Below, one piece after another: positions 40,552 through 48,638 of a stretch of 64,000 nucleotides of DNA (position 1 is its first letter; every line of letters begins with the position of its first letter). The DNA comes from Patescibacteria group bacterium. Lineage in GTDB: Bacteria > Patescibacteriota > Patescibacteriia > JAHJFT01. The translations under genes and the position numbers were made by a program. Location of the stretch: NCBI GenBank assembly GCA_028710985.1, contig JAQTTB010000001.1:523014-587013 (forward strand). The letters are read 5' to 3'. The notes beneath the pieces are model-generated. The model was not told the DNA's origin, made no database searches, and was given only the letters and a program-made list of their open reading frames with translations.

Positions 40552-41917
40552 CGCTTCACAGCTTTACAATTTTTCTCAGTGCCCCTACCGCGTCCACCTT
40601 GATATTTTCGGAGATGAGAAAGAGAAATCGCCGGAATCGGATTTCCTCGCCATGCTGATCGAGGAGGGCGTGCGTCATGAAAAAGACGCCATCGCTGAAA
40701 TGCCATTCTTAGAGGTGGAGGCGCGCGGCACGCTTACGGCACGAGCCGAAGTTACACGCGACCTGATGAAAAAGAAAACGCCCTGGATTTATCAGGGCGT
40801 GCTTCTGACTCGCACCATGGTCGGCATTCCTGATATTTTGGAATATACGGGCGGCCGGTATATCCCCGTGGAAATCAAGTCCGGTGCCGGTCTTAAGGAA
40901 GCGTATATCCAGCAAATCTGTTTTTACGATGAGTTGCTCGGCGAGCTTTTTGGACGTCGTTCGGGTCGCGGTAAAATAATAAATATCAAGAAAGAAATTT
41001 TGGAAGTGGACTGCAATGCCTCGCGTCGCGCCTTTCTTGATAACCTTGCCGCCCTTAAGAAAATCGCCTCGGGTGAAGAAGAGAGTGAGCTGGCCATCGG
41101 TTCGGATTGCAATAACTGCCACTGGAGAAAATTCTGCGAAGAAAAAGCGCGCGCCGAAGATGATCTTACTCTGATCCACGGTCTCGGCCGAGCGTTCAAA
41201 GAGGGGCTGAGGCAGGCCGGGATCAAAACCCAGGGCCAAGCCGCTAAGGTCGATCCGTCGCTCGCGCGCGAAATCCGGCGCCTCGGTCCGGCAAAGCTTG
41301 AAAAATTCCGCGAACAGGCTAAGGTGAACATTGCCGGCAAGATGATGGTTTTCGCGAGGCCCACGATGCGCTGCGCGCCCCTCGAGATATTCATCGATCT
41401 CGAAGGGGATCCGATGCTCGGGATAGACTACCTTATTGGTATGATCGTCCGAAAAAAGGGTAAGGAGCAGTATGTCAGCTTCGTTGCCCGCCGGCCCGAA
41501 GATGAGGCCGCGATGTGGGAGGAGTTCCTTAATTTCATGGCCGGCATCTCGGAAGATTACATTCTTTATCATTATCATAATTATGAAAAAGTGCATTTCA
41601 AGATGCTGTTCGAAAAATATGGCGGCGACGGAGAGCTTTATCATGAAATCGACTATGCGCTCGAGGATCTGAAGAGAACGATCGATAAATCAATGTATCT
41701 TCCGCTTACGCGCTATAGCCTCAAGTGCGTTGCGCGCCATTTGGGTTTTGAATGGCGCGCGGGAGAAGAGGCCGGAGGCGCAAATTCCATTATCTGGTAC
41801 GAGAAATATCTTGGGGATACTGAAAAGAATGCAGATTTGATGCAAAAAATTATTGACTACAATGCCGATGACTGCCGCGCGACCCGTGTGGTCAAAGACT
41901 GGCTTGAGAAAATTTGA
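40538..41917 (+). CDS. RecB-family nuclease, TM0106-type (PD-(D/E)xK nuclease with Cas4-like Cys cluster plus RNase-H-like C-terminal domain)
   Basis: N-terminal YNFSQCPYRVHLD; Cys cluster CNNCHWRKFC; C-terminal IDYNADDCRAT, typical of TIGR03491-like proteins (from memory). Confidence 0.65.
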   Translation: MPRLSASQLYNFSQCPYRVHLDIFGDEKEKSPESDFLAMLIEEGVRHEKDAIAEMPFLEVEARGTLTARAEVTRDLMKKKTPWIYQGVLLTRTMVGIPDILEYTGGRYIPVEIKSGAGLKEAYIQQICFYDELLGELFGRRSGRGKIINIKKEILEVDCNASRRAFLDNLAALKKIASGEEESELAIGSDCNNCHWRKFCEEKARAEDDLTLIHGLGRAFKEGLRQAGIKTQGQAAKVDPSLAREIRRLGPAKLEKFREQAKVNIAGKMMVFARPTMRCAPLEIFIDLEGDPMLGIDYLIGMIVRKKGKEQYVSFVARRPEDEAAMWEEFLNFMAGISEDYILYHYHNYEKVHFKMLFEKYGGDGELYHEIDYALEDLKRTIDKSMYLPLTRYSLKCVARHLGFEWRAGEEAGGANSIIWYEKYLGDTEKNADLMQKIIDYNADDCRATRVVKDWLEKI

Positions 41918-42705
41918 ATATGAAAAAAATCGTTATTGCAATTTTTGCCGTATTCCTGCTCTCGGTTGCTTTCTTGTACCGCGTGGAAATCCGGCAATGG
42001 TATGAAAATCGGACTCGGGAAGTCGTGCCGTCTCCGCGTTCGGCCGAGGAATTCTCTTACCCGGAAGAGAACGGCGCTTTTGCCAATGTTCTGCCCGACG
42101 CGGCATCCATGACCGCGAGCGGCGGTTTGCCGGATGAATTCAATCTCGACGTGCCGTTTACATCCCAGGCGCCGCTCAAGGAGTGGGATGAAACCCATGA
42201 GGAGTCCTGCGAAGAAGCGTCGGTTATTATGGTTGATTATTTTTATAAAAATAATCAATTCACCAGTCCGGAACAGGCGGATGAAGCAATATTGAAATTC
42301 ATTGATTACGAAAAAACATTTCTGGGATTTTTTGAGAGCACCACGGCTGACGAACTGGCGCGCGTCGTTGAATCGTACTATGATTATGATGTCGATTTGA
42401 TTTATGATTTTTCGGTGGACAATGTAAAACAGGCGGTGCGCCGCGGCTATCCGGTGATTGTTCCGGCCGCTGGCCGGGTTTTGGATAATCCGCACTTTCA
42501 GGATCCGGGTCCCATTTACCACATGCTGGTTATCAAGGGCTGGAAAGGGGATTCCTTCATCACAAATGATCCTGGAACCCAGTTCGGCGCCGATTGGCTT
42601 TACACCTTCGATCATCTGATGGAATCGGCCCATGATTGGAACGGAGGAAATGTGGAACAAGGGAAGAGAGTCATGCTCATCGTAAAACCGCGTGTAAACA
42701 ATTAA
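41914..42705 (+). CDS. secreted C39-like peptidase-domain protein (YvpB-like)
   Basis: Signal anchor; candidate catalytic Cys in ESCEEASVIMV and a His-bearing C-terminal half. Confidence 0.35.
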   Translation: MNMKKIVIAIFAVFLLSVAFLYRVEIRQWYENRTREVVPSPRSAEEFSYPEENGAFANVLPDAASMTASGGLPDEFNLDVPFTSQAPLKEWDETHEESCEEASVIMVDYFYKNNQFTSPEQADEAILKFIDYEKTFLGFFESTTADELARVVESYYDYDVDLIYDFSVDNVKQAVRRGYPVIVPAAGRVLDNPHFQDPGPIYHMLVIKGWKGDSFITNDPGTQFGADWLYTFDHLMESAHDWNGGNVEQGKRVMLIVKPRVNN

Positions 42706-42715
42706 TAGAATATAT

Positions 42716-43150
42716 ATGATATCACTTTCTTACGGATTTATTGCCGGTGGCATCGGCGGCATTGTCATGGCCATACTAATTCATCTTGCACCGCTTATTG
42801 CAAGCAAAAAATATTTACCCGATATTGATAAGTACTTTTTTCTCGGCCGTCATTTTTCGGCTCGCGAAGTCCATCTCTTTGGAATTTTTATTCAGCTCGC
42901 CTTGAGTGTAATTTTCGGCGGGATATATATTCTACTCGTTGATCAAAAAATAATATTTCATGATTTTCACTATGTGTCCATTCTTTTTTACGGCGTACTT
43001 GTCTGGCTCGCCAAGGGGGCGATTCTCACCCCGCTCCTCGGGGCCGGGTTCTTCGGCGCCAAGCAGGGAAAATACGTCTGGCTGGAAATGTTTATAATCC
43101 ATCAAATTTACGCCCTGGTTTTCTGGCTGGCGGTCAATTTATACGTCTGA
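42716..43150 (+). CDS. hypothetical four-TM membrane protein
   Basis: 144 aa, hydrophobic throughout. Confidence 0.45.
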   Translation: MISLSYGFIAGGIGGIVMAILIHLAPLIASKKYLPDIDKYFFLGRHFSAREVHLFGIFIQLALSVIFGGIYILLVDQKIIFHDFHYVSILFYGVLVWLAKGAILTPLLGAGFFGAKQGKYVWLEMFIIHQIYALVFWLAVNLYV

Positions 43151-43302
43151 GTTATCCACAGAACCCGGTCCCTTTACTTGGAAAATATAGGCTGGTATAA
43201 TATATTTAGCCGTAAGGAGTGGTGATACGCTCTCTATGGCGATAGTTCGGGAAAACAAAATCTCACCATCCGGTGAGATTTTGCTTTCTAGAGTGTCGTC
43301 GC

Positions 43303-43331
43303 TTGACAGTTTTTCGCTTGTATTGTAATAT
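43303..43331 (+). promoter_or_regulatory. sigma70-like promoter of the rplJL operon
   Basis: TTGACA, 17-nt spacer, TAATAT. Confidence 0.5.
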
Positions 43332-43339
43332 ATTGTTAT

Positions 43340-43508
43340 CAATTTAATTTTTGCCGAAGATAACGGGGGTTTCAGCCAGAGGCTGAGGCTTAAAACCACA
43401 CCCCGTCGAGGTGAAATTCCGGCCTGACACTACTTTTAGGTCATGGACTCGGACCTCGTTATCTGCGGCAAAACCGCAGTTTATTTTTTACCCAAAGGTC
43501 GCAACTAT
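43340..43508 (+). ncRNA. rplJ (L10) leader with attenuator hairpin
   Basis: Structured 170-nt 5' UTR ending in CTGCGGCAAAACCGCAG plus T-run (43463-43490), just before the rplJ ATG. Confidence 0.5.
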
Positions 43509-44033
43509 ATGCCAAAAACAAGAGTACAGAAAGAAAATACCGTTTCCGACTTGGTCGACAAATTCAGCCGCACCAAGTCAGTGGTTTTTGCCGATTTTCA
43601 GGGGCTCAAAATGCCGGAAATCGACGAATTGCGCAACCAATGCCTAAAGCAGGGCATTTCTTACTCAGTCGCCAAAAAGACCCTGGTGCGCATCGCGCTT
43701 GAGAAAGCGGGCGTCAAAGAGATTGATCCAAAGTCAATTGAAGGTTCGCTCGCCACGGTTTTTGGATTTGAGGATGAGGTCGCGCCTGCAAAATTGCTCG
43801 CCACCTTCTCCAGAGCGCACGAGGCGCTCAAGATTAAAGCCGGCATACTTGAAGGCCGGCTCATTCCGTTCGAAGAAGTAATGAAGCTTTCTAAGATACC
43901 GTCAAGGCTTGAGCTTTATGCCATGCTCGTTCGTACCATGAATGGACCGGTTTCCGGATTCGCCAATGTTCTTGCTGGAAATCTGCGGAAATTTATGTAC
44001 GCATTAAACGCAATCAAAGAATCTAAATCATAA
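43509..44033 (+). CDS. rplJ: 50S ribosomal protein L10
   Basis: Start set at [11 protein letters not shown]10 fold. Confidence 0.9.
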   Translation: MPKTRVQKENTVSDLVDKFSRTKSVVFADFQGLKMPEIDELRNQCLKQGISYSVAKKTLVRIALEKAGVKEIDPKSIEGSLATVFGFEDEVAPAKLLATFSRAHEALKIKAGILEGRLIPFEEVMKLSKIPSRLELYAMLVRTMNGPVSGFANVLAGNLRKFMYALNAIKESKS

Positions 44034-44047
44034 ATAATTTTAAAAAT

Positions 44048-44452
44048 ATGGCAGAAGAGAAAAAAGACGTCGTGGTTCCGGAAAAATTCAAGAAGCTCGT
44101 TGAGGAAGTTGAAAAAATGAGCGTACTTGATCTCTCGGAACTCGTTAGCATTCTTGAGGATAAATTCGGCGTTTCGGCCGCCGCTCCGGCAGTTGCCGTT
44201 GCCGCCGCCGCTCCAGTCGCCGCCGAAGCCGCCGATGAAAAGACCGAGTTCAATCTTGAACTCCTTGAAGCCGGCGCCAACAAGATCAACGTGATTAAGG
44301 TGGTTCGTGAAGTCACGGGTTTAGGCCTCGCCGATGCCAAGGCCATCGTTGACAGCGCACCGAAGATAGTGAAAGAAGCCATGCCAAAGGCTGATGCCGA
44401 AGCCGCCAAAAAGAAGATTGAGGAAGCCGGCGGAAAAGCAGCTCTCAAATAA
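44048..44452 (+). CDS. rplL: 50S ribosomal protein L7/L12
   Basis: Ala-rich hinge and C-terminal domain ([24 protein letters not shown]). Confidence 0.95.
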   Translation: MAEEKKDVVVPEKFKKLVEEVEKMSVLDLSELVSILEDKFGVSAAAPAVAVAAAAPVAAEAADEKTEFNLELLEAGANKINVIKVVREVTGLGLADAKAIVDSAPKIVKEAMPKADAEAAKKKIEEAGGKAALK

Positions 44453-44460
44453 TTGGTTAC

Positions 44461-44505
44461 AAAATAAAAAAAGAACGGCCGTGTAATTATGCGGCCGTTC
44501 TTTTG
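44461..44505. repeat. left 44-bp direct repeat / terminator hairpin flanking the RT module
   Basis: AAAATAAAAAAAGAACGGCCGTGTAATTATGCGGCCGTTCTTTT. Near-identical to 46289-46333 except for the 10-nt loop. Confidence 0.7.
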
Positions 44506-44554
44506 ATTTTTTTAAAAAAAGAGGCATCGCGTTTGCGATGCCCGAGCGGCGTAG

Positions 44555-45460
44555 TTAAATACCGAGTTTTCTTAATGCCCTCAGTCCGTTAAAGCGGTCG
44601 ACGAGCTTGGTTTCAGTGCGGTTGTGCGGAGCACAGTATTCGGTCGCCCCCCAGAAAGCGCCCATCATGCCAGCGGCCTGGGCAAAATTTGCACGGCCGC
44701 GTTTGACCGAGTACAGGCGGCCGCGTATCTTGCGCAGATAGTGCCGCGGGATAAAGATGCGGCTGGTCTTATCCATGGCAATGCCGTTGATGACCACCGG
44801 AGCCTTTTGGATGTCGCGGACAATGGATTTCTTATGGTTGATCTGGAATCCAGCCGCGAGAATGATGCGCCGTATCATCTGCCGCTTTCTTTTGCCGATC
44901 GGTTCAGTCGCCGAAAAGGTCAGGTCGTCGAGATAGCGCGTATAGATGATGCCGTGGCGCCGGCAGAATTCGCCGAGCGGCCGGTCAAGAAGTTCGCCGG
45001 CATAGCGGTTGGCAAGATCCGGCGAAGCCGGCGCGCCGGTTGCGAGCCCACCCTCGTCTGCTATGCAGTACTTATTAAGAAAGGCGAGAAGCCCTGTCTC
45101 GTCCTCCATCAGCCGTTCGTCAAGATTCATGAGTATCCCGGCGAGCCGCTCGGCGTCCACGCTCGGATAGAAATTGTGGATGTCGGTGAGGTAGAAAAAG
45201 CGGTTGCCGCGGTGCCGGAGCACATTTTTCTTGGGGGATGAGCCGCGCATCGCGCCGGTGGCGTGCGGCAGGGGATGGTGCTCGAGAAGGTGGCGCCGCA
45301 AGTAAAAGATTAGCCCGCGGTGGACCTGGCGCATCGCGTTATTTGGCGCGTAGAGCGTGCGCATTTTTACGGTCTTCGCTACCGGATTTACGTCTCTGTA
45401 GGTAAATTTGTTGAACCCCGGAGTCCCATCTATGTTTTTCAGAATTATATCAAAGAGCAT
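44555..45460 (-). CDS. stand-alone reverse transcriptase, retron- or defence-RT-like (301 aa, no maturase or endonuclease domain)
   Basis: RT motifs: HATGAMRGSSPKKNVLRH plus FFYLTDIHNFYPSVD (motifs 1-2), GLATGAPASPDLANRY (motif 4, the SP type), YTRYLDDLTFS (YxDD), AAGFQINHKKS (motif 7). AAGGAGG SD 5 nt before the ATG at 45460. TTGCAT, 17-nt spacer, TAAAAT promoter at about 45490-45520 on the minus strand. Confidence 0.8.
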   Translation of the reverse strand: MLFDIILKNIDGTPGFNKFTYRDVNPVAKTVKMRTLYAPNNAMRQVHRGLIFYLRRHLLEHHPLPHATGAMRGSSPKKNVLRHRGNRFFYLTDIHNFYPSVDAERLAGILMNLDERLMEDETGLLAFLNKYCIADEGGLATGAPASPDLANRYAGELLDRPLGEFCRRHGIIYTRYLDDLTFSATEPIGKRKRQMIRRIILAAGFQINHKKSIVRDIQKAPVVINGIAMDKTSRIFIPRHYLRKIRGRLYSVKRGRANFAQAAGMMGAFWGATEYCAPHNRTETKLVDRFNGLRALRKLGI

Positions 45461-45535
45461 GGCGCCCTCCTTATAGATTTTTGTGTAGGTTGATTTTAGT
45501 ACAGCGCCGAATAAAATGCAAGTAAATTTTTTTGG

Positions 45536-45916
45536 TATAAAAAACGCATCAAACCAGGGGTTTGACGCGAAGGGAGAAACCCGATTTTCATCGGGCAGTG
45601 AATTCACAGCGGCGGGTTGGCCAAGTTCGTTGCCCGATTCTGGGTTCTGCGGACAACGATCAAGAGAACAGACTTTGCCGCTGAGGCTTCGATGCAGGGC
45701 CGAAACGGCAGCGCCGAGGCCGCAGGCCGGGGCGCCCTCTGTGCCGAAAGAAGAAGAGAAGGGGCGGATACTATGGCAATTTCCGTTTCCGGAAATCCCG
45801 CTGGCGCACCTTGATGCGCCAACCCTCGTGGGCAAGAGCACTTTGGCGTCCAGCCAGAACCAGGAAACCGTCTTGGCCAACCCGGACTGGACTTGGCTTT
45901 ATCCTATCATAAACAA
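45536..45916 (-). ncRNA. structured ncRNA unit 1 upstream of the RT (RT-associated template/scaffold RNA candidate)
   Basis: No credible ORF or SD. Ends on the minus strand in GCGTCAAACCCCTGGTTTGATGCG plus a U-run. Shares conserved hairpins with unit 2. Confidence 0.4.
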
Positions 45917-46297
45917 AAAAACGCATCAAACCAGGGGGTTTGATGCGAAGAGAGAGAGTCCCGACTCGGTCGGGAAGAAAGTGCAGCGGCGGGTTTGAGT
46001 CATTGTCCGCAAGGGACTTTCCGGGCATGGGAGCTTGCCGCTGAAGATACCCGTGGCGTCCGAGGGCACTGAACAACGGGCCGAATCAGCCACTGCGGCC
46101 GCTGATCCGCCTCATGCAGATACCAACGGGAGCGCTTCGGGTTGCCCAGGGGCGATGGGGTACTGTTCAAAGCCCTGGTTTAACCCTTTGGCGCACCTGA
46201 AATGCGCCAAGACGATGAGCACCGAGGATCTCACCCGGAATGAACTAGCTCAAACCCAGCCAAGGTGGCTATGAAGAGGGTAGCATAAAATTCAAAA
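45917..46297 (-). ncRNA. structured ncRNA unit 2 (diverged tandem copy of unit 1)
   Basis: Ends in GCATCAAACCCCCTGGTTTGATGC plus U7. Same hairpin set as unit 1 with compensatory changes. Confidence 0.4.
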
Positions 46298-46333
46298 TAA
46301 AAAAAGAACGGCCGCGATATCGTGGGCCGTTCT
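46289..46333. repeat. right 44-bp direct repeat / terminator hairpin flanking the RT module
   Basis: AAAATAAAAAAAGAACGGCCGCGATATCGTGGGCCGTTCTTTTTT. Confidence 0.7.
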
Positions 46334-46336
46334 TTT

Positions 46337-48574
46337 TTATTCGCTGAATCCGAAATTCCAGACGCCGTTGTCGGCCAGCACCCAGATTTGGCGTGCCGTG
46401 CGATCGATGTAAAAACTTTTTATATTCTGCAGGTCGTTCAGGAGGTATTGAGTTTTGAGTTTACCGTCCTTGGCCAGTACTACAACACGTTTTCCGGCCG
46501 GGTCAAGAATAAATATATTGTCCGTACCCTCGGTCGTCCAAATTTGCGTCGCGCCCGTCAGCGCGGGATCAATGGTCGTAGCCGACCAGGATTGTTTTTC
46601 ACCGGTATAGAATTTATAAATTTCACCATTTGATTTCAGGGCGTAAATCGAGCCGTCAATCGTAATGGCGACTGCGTCCGAAAGATTGACATTCGCAGTT
46701 TTAATCCAGGCCGCGCCGGCCGCGAGCCCGGAATCGGGCGAGCGGTGCTGCTTAAATATTTGGTTCGCCGTGGTGTCCAAGACATAAATATTTGAATTCC
46801 AGCCGGCCGCGTCAATAAAGCTCTTTTGTTCGGCCGCGGCGGCGAGGGGAACGTCCCTCCACGAAAGTCCGGCCACGTCAATTTCCGAAGCCCCTGGGCG
46901 CTGGTCGAAAACCAAATATGAATTATCGCCGGATTTGTAAATCGCGGTAATGCTTTGTATATCCGCATTTTCCCAGTCAACTTCCTGCCAGGCATTCGCG
47001 TCGTCGCGCCAGACATAAAGTTCTTTTGCCCCGGAAAGAATCAAAGTTTTATCGGCGTTTCGCAGGAGATAACGAAAGTTAATCGTCTGGCCTTCGGCGC
47101 TGAGCGGCATGTCGGCGACTTTCTCTAAATCGTTTGGAATGACTTCATGGCGGAGCTCTTGGCGTAAAATATCAATTTGGGCGAGAAGTCCCTGTTTGAT
47201 TTCGCGCTGATCGCGCTTTGCTTCCGGTAGCGACTGGATTGCGGATAGCGCTTGGCTCACAAGCTCACGCGTGCGTTCCTCGTCGCCGTAGATCAGGGTA
47301 CTCTCGGCCTCGTCTTTTATTTGAGTGATCTCAATCACTTTATTATTATAAACCGCCTCGTCTTCGCGTGCATGTTTCCGATAGTTGAGATAAATCAGGC
47401 TCCATGCAAAAAGTAGCACCAGGATAAGGGCGATGATAAAAACCGATTTATTTTTCTTGCCGAGATGGCTGAACCAGCCGACCGAGCGGTCTCCGGTTTC
47501 CTGGGCATCGCTCTTATAGCTCGCGATGGTTTCGGCGCGTTTGCCGTGGAAGTTCGTAATGATAAAAAATAAGTTTTTGAAGAAGCGGCCGGTGATGCCG
47601 ATTGCGCGGAGCGTGATGGCACCGATCCAAATAAAGAATTTGGCAATGCTCCGGGGGAGTTCGCGCGGGGTTGGAGCGATTTTTTCCTCATATTTCGGGC
47701 CGCGTATTGGTATCAGTCGTGAAATTACCGCAGTGAGCCCAGCCCAAATCTTTGAGGCAAACCCAGTGCCGCCGCCTAAAAGATATCGGTCGGTTTCCGC
47801 GGTAGTCGCCTTAAGATGCTCAAGCGAACCTCGGAAATTCTTCGGTGCCGCCGCTTCGGTGCCGACCGGGATAAGTTCTTCATAATGCTGGATGATAATG
47901 GCCGTATATCCGCCGCGCAGACTGCCGTGCAAAAGTTCATTGCGCAGATATTCGACGGATTCGACCGGTTTTTTCGCGGTTACAATCGGCAACAGCCGTT
48001 CTTCGGGGAAGGCTTCGGCCAGTTCGGAGTTTGAGATTATTATGGCATCCCCGCTTTGGATGGAGCCGTACATTACATTTTCAAAAATTTTAACGGGATT
48101 AAAATTATCCGGATCGGATTGAACGTTCTTCGTAAGATCAAAAACGCGGTAACCTTTGCCATCCTGCTTCTGGAAAAACATCATTTTATTCTGGCCGATC
48201 GCGGAGAACGAAAGGTCCGTGCCGGAGCAAGCGGCGATTAAGATATTCAATTTCTTAAGATCCACCGGATTGGATTCTTTGGAGATAAAATCCGTGATAT
48301 TTTTATTGGTCGCCTGTAGGGATTTTTCAAACTCCGCGCCAAAGTCAATGCCATGCTCTTCCTGATAAAATTTTTCAATGCCGTCGATAAAGTTTTCGGT
48401 CAAACGTTCGTAGGCTGGATGGATGGAGTCGATTTTAATAATGCCAAAAATAGATCCGCCTTCATGCGCCGCACCCGGTGGAATTTCAAAATTAAAAACG
48501 CGGTTAATGCATTGGCGGTTCGTTGCGCTTTCTAGGAAAAGCTCGTTTATGAGTATCTCCGGCTTCTTTGACAT
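46337..48574 (-). CDS. large membrane protein: cytoplasmic N-domain, one TM helix, extracellular repeat (beta-propeller-like) domain
   Basis: 745-aa ORF. TM helix VFIIALILVLLFAWSLIYL in the middle. C-terminal half has repeated blocks (NIYVLD, SIYALK, NIFILD). Confidence 0.6.
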   Translation of the reverse strand: MSKKPEILINELFLESATNRQCINRVFNFEIPPGAAHEGGSIFGIIKIDSIHPAYERLTENFIDGIEKFYQEEHGIDFGAEFEKSLQATNKNITDFISKESNPVDLKKLNILIAACSGTDLSFSAIGQNKMMFFQKQDGKGYRVFDLTKNVQSDPDNFNPVKIFENVMYGSIQSGDAIIISNSELAEAFPEERLLPIVTAKKPVESVEYLRNELLHGSLRGGYTAIIIQHYEELIPVGTEAAAPKNFRGSLEHLKATTAETDRYLLGGGTGFASKIWAGLTAVISRLIPIRGPKYEEKIAPTPRELPRSIAKFFIWIGAITLRAIGITGRFFKNLFFIITNFHGKRAETIASYKSDAQETGDRSVGWFSHLGKKNKSVFIIALILVLLFAWSLIYLNYRKHAREDEAVYNNKVIEITQIKDEAESTLIYGDEERTRELVSQALSAIQSLPEAKRDQREIKQGLLAQIDILRQELRHEVIPNDLEKVADMPLSAEGQTINFRYLLRNADKTLILSGAKELYVWRDDANAWQEVDWENADIQSITAIYKSGDNSYLVFDQRPGASEIDVAGLSWRDVPLAAAAEQKSFIDAAGWNSNIYVLDTTANQIFKQHRSPDSGLAAGAAWIKTANVNLSDAVAITIDGSIYALKSNGEIYKFYTGEKQSWSATTIDPALTGATQIWTTEGTDNIFILDPAGKRVVVLAKDGKLKTQYLLNDLQNIKSFYIDRTARQIWVLADNGVWNFGFSE

Positions 48575-48638
48575 AGGGATTCGTGAGTATTATACTGTAT
48601 TATACAACAATGGTTATTTTTAGAAAAGGTCAACGAAT

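Noticed and set aside
45461-45880. 140-codon N-terminal extension of the RT ORF (the ORF track gives 44555..45880, 441 aa)
   Set aside because: The extension is low-complexity S/G/A/C/P-rich. It runs through conserved RNA hairpins and an intrinsic terminator. It has no SD, whereas the internal ATG at 45460 has AAGGAGG at optimal spacing and a promoter. Treated as non-coding ncRNA sequence.
45516-46274. Plus- and minus-strand ORFs of 60-160 aa inside the ncRNA region (45516..45998, 45604..45822, 45771..46076, 46035..46274)
   Set aside because: No SD; alternative start codons; amino-acid composition typical of translated GC-rich non-coding DNA. They overlap each other and the conserved hairpins.
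45461-46336. DGR (diversity-generating retroelement) interpretation of the two repeated units as TR/VR
   Set aside because: The two units are only ~60-70% identical and differences are not adenine-specific. No unit lies in the 3' end of a protein gene. The RT has SP-type motif 4 and lacks the DGR-type [I/V/L]GxxxSQ. There is no avd-like gene.
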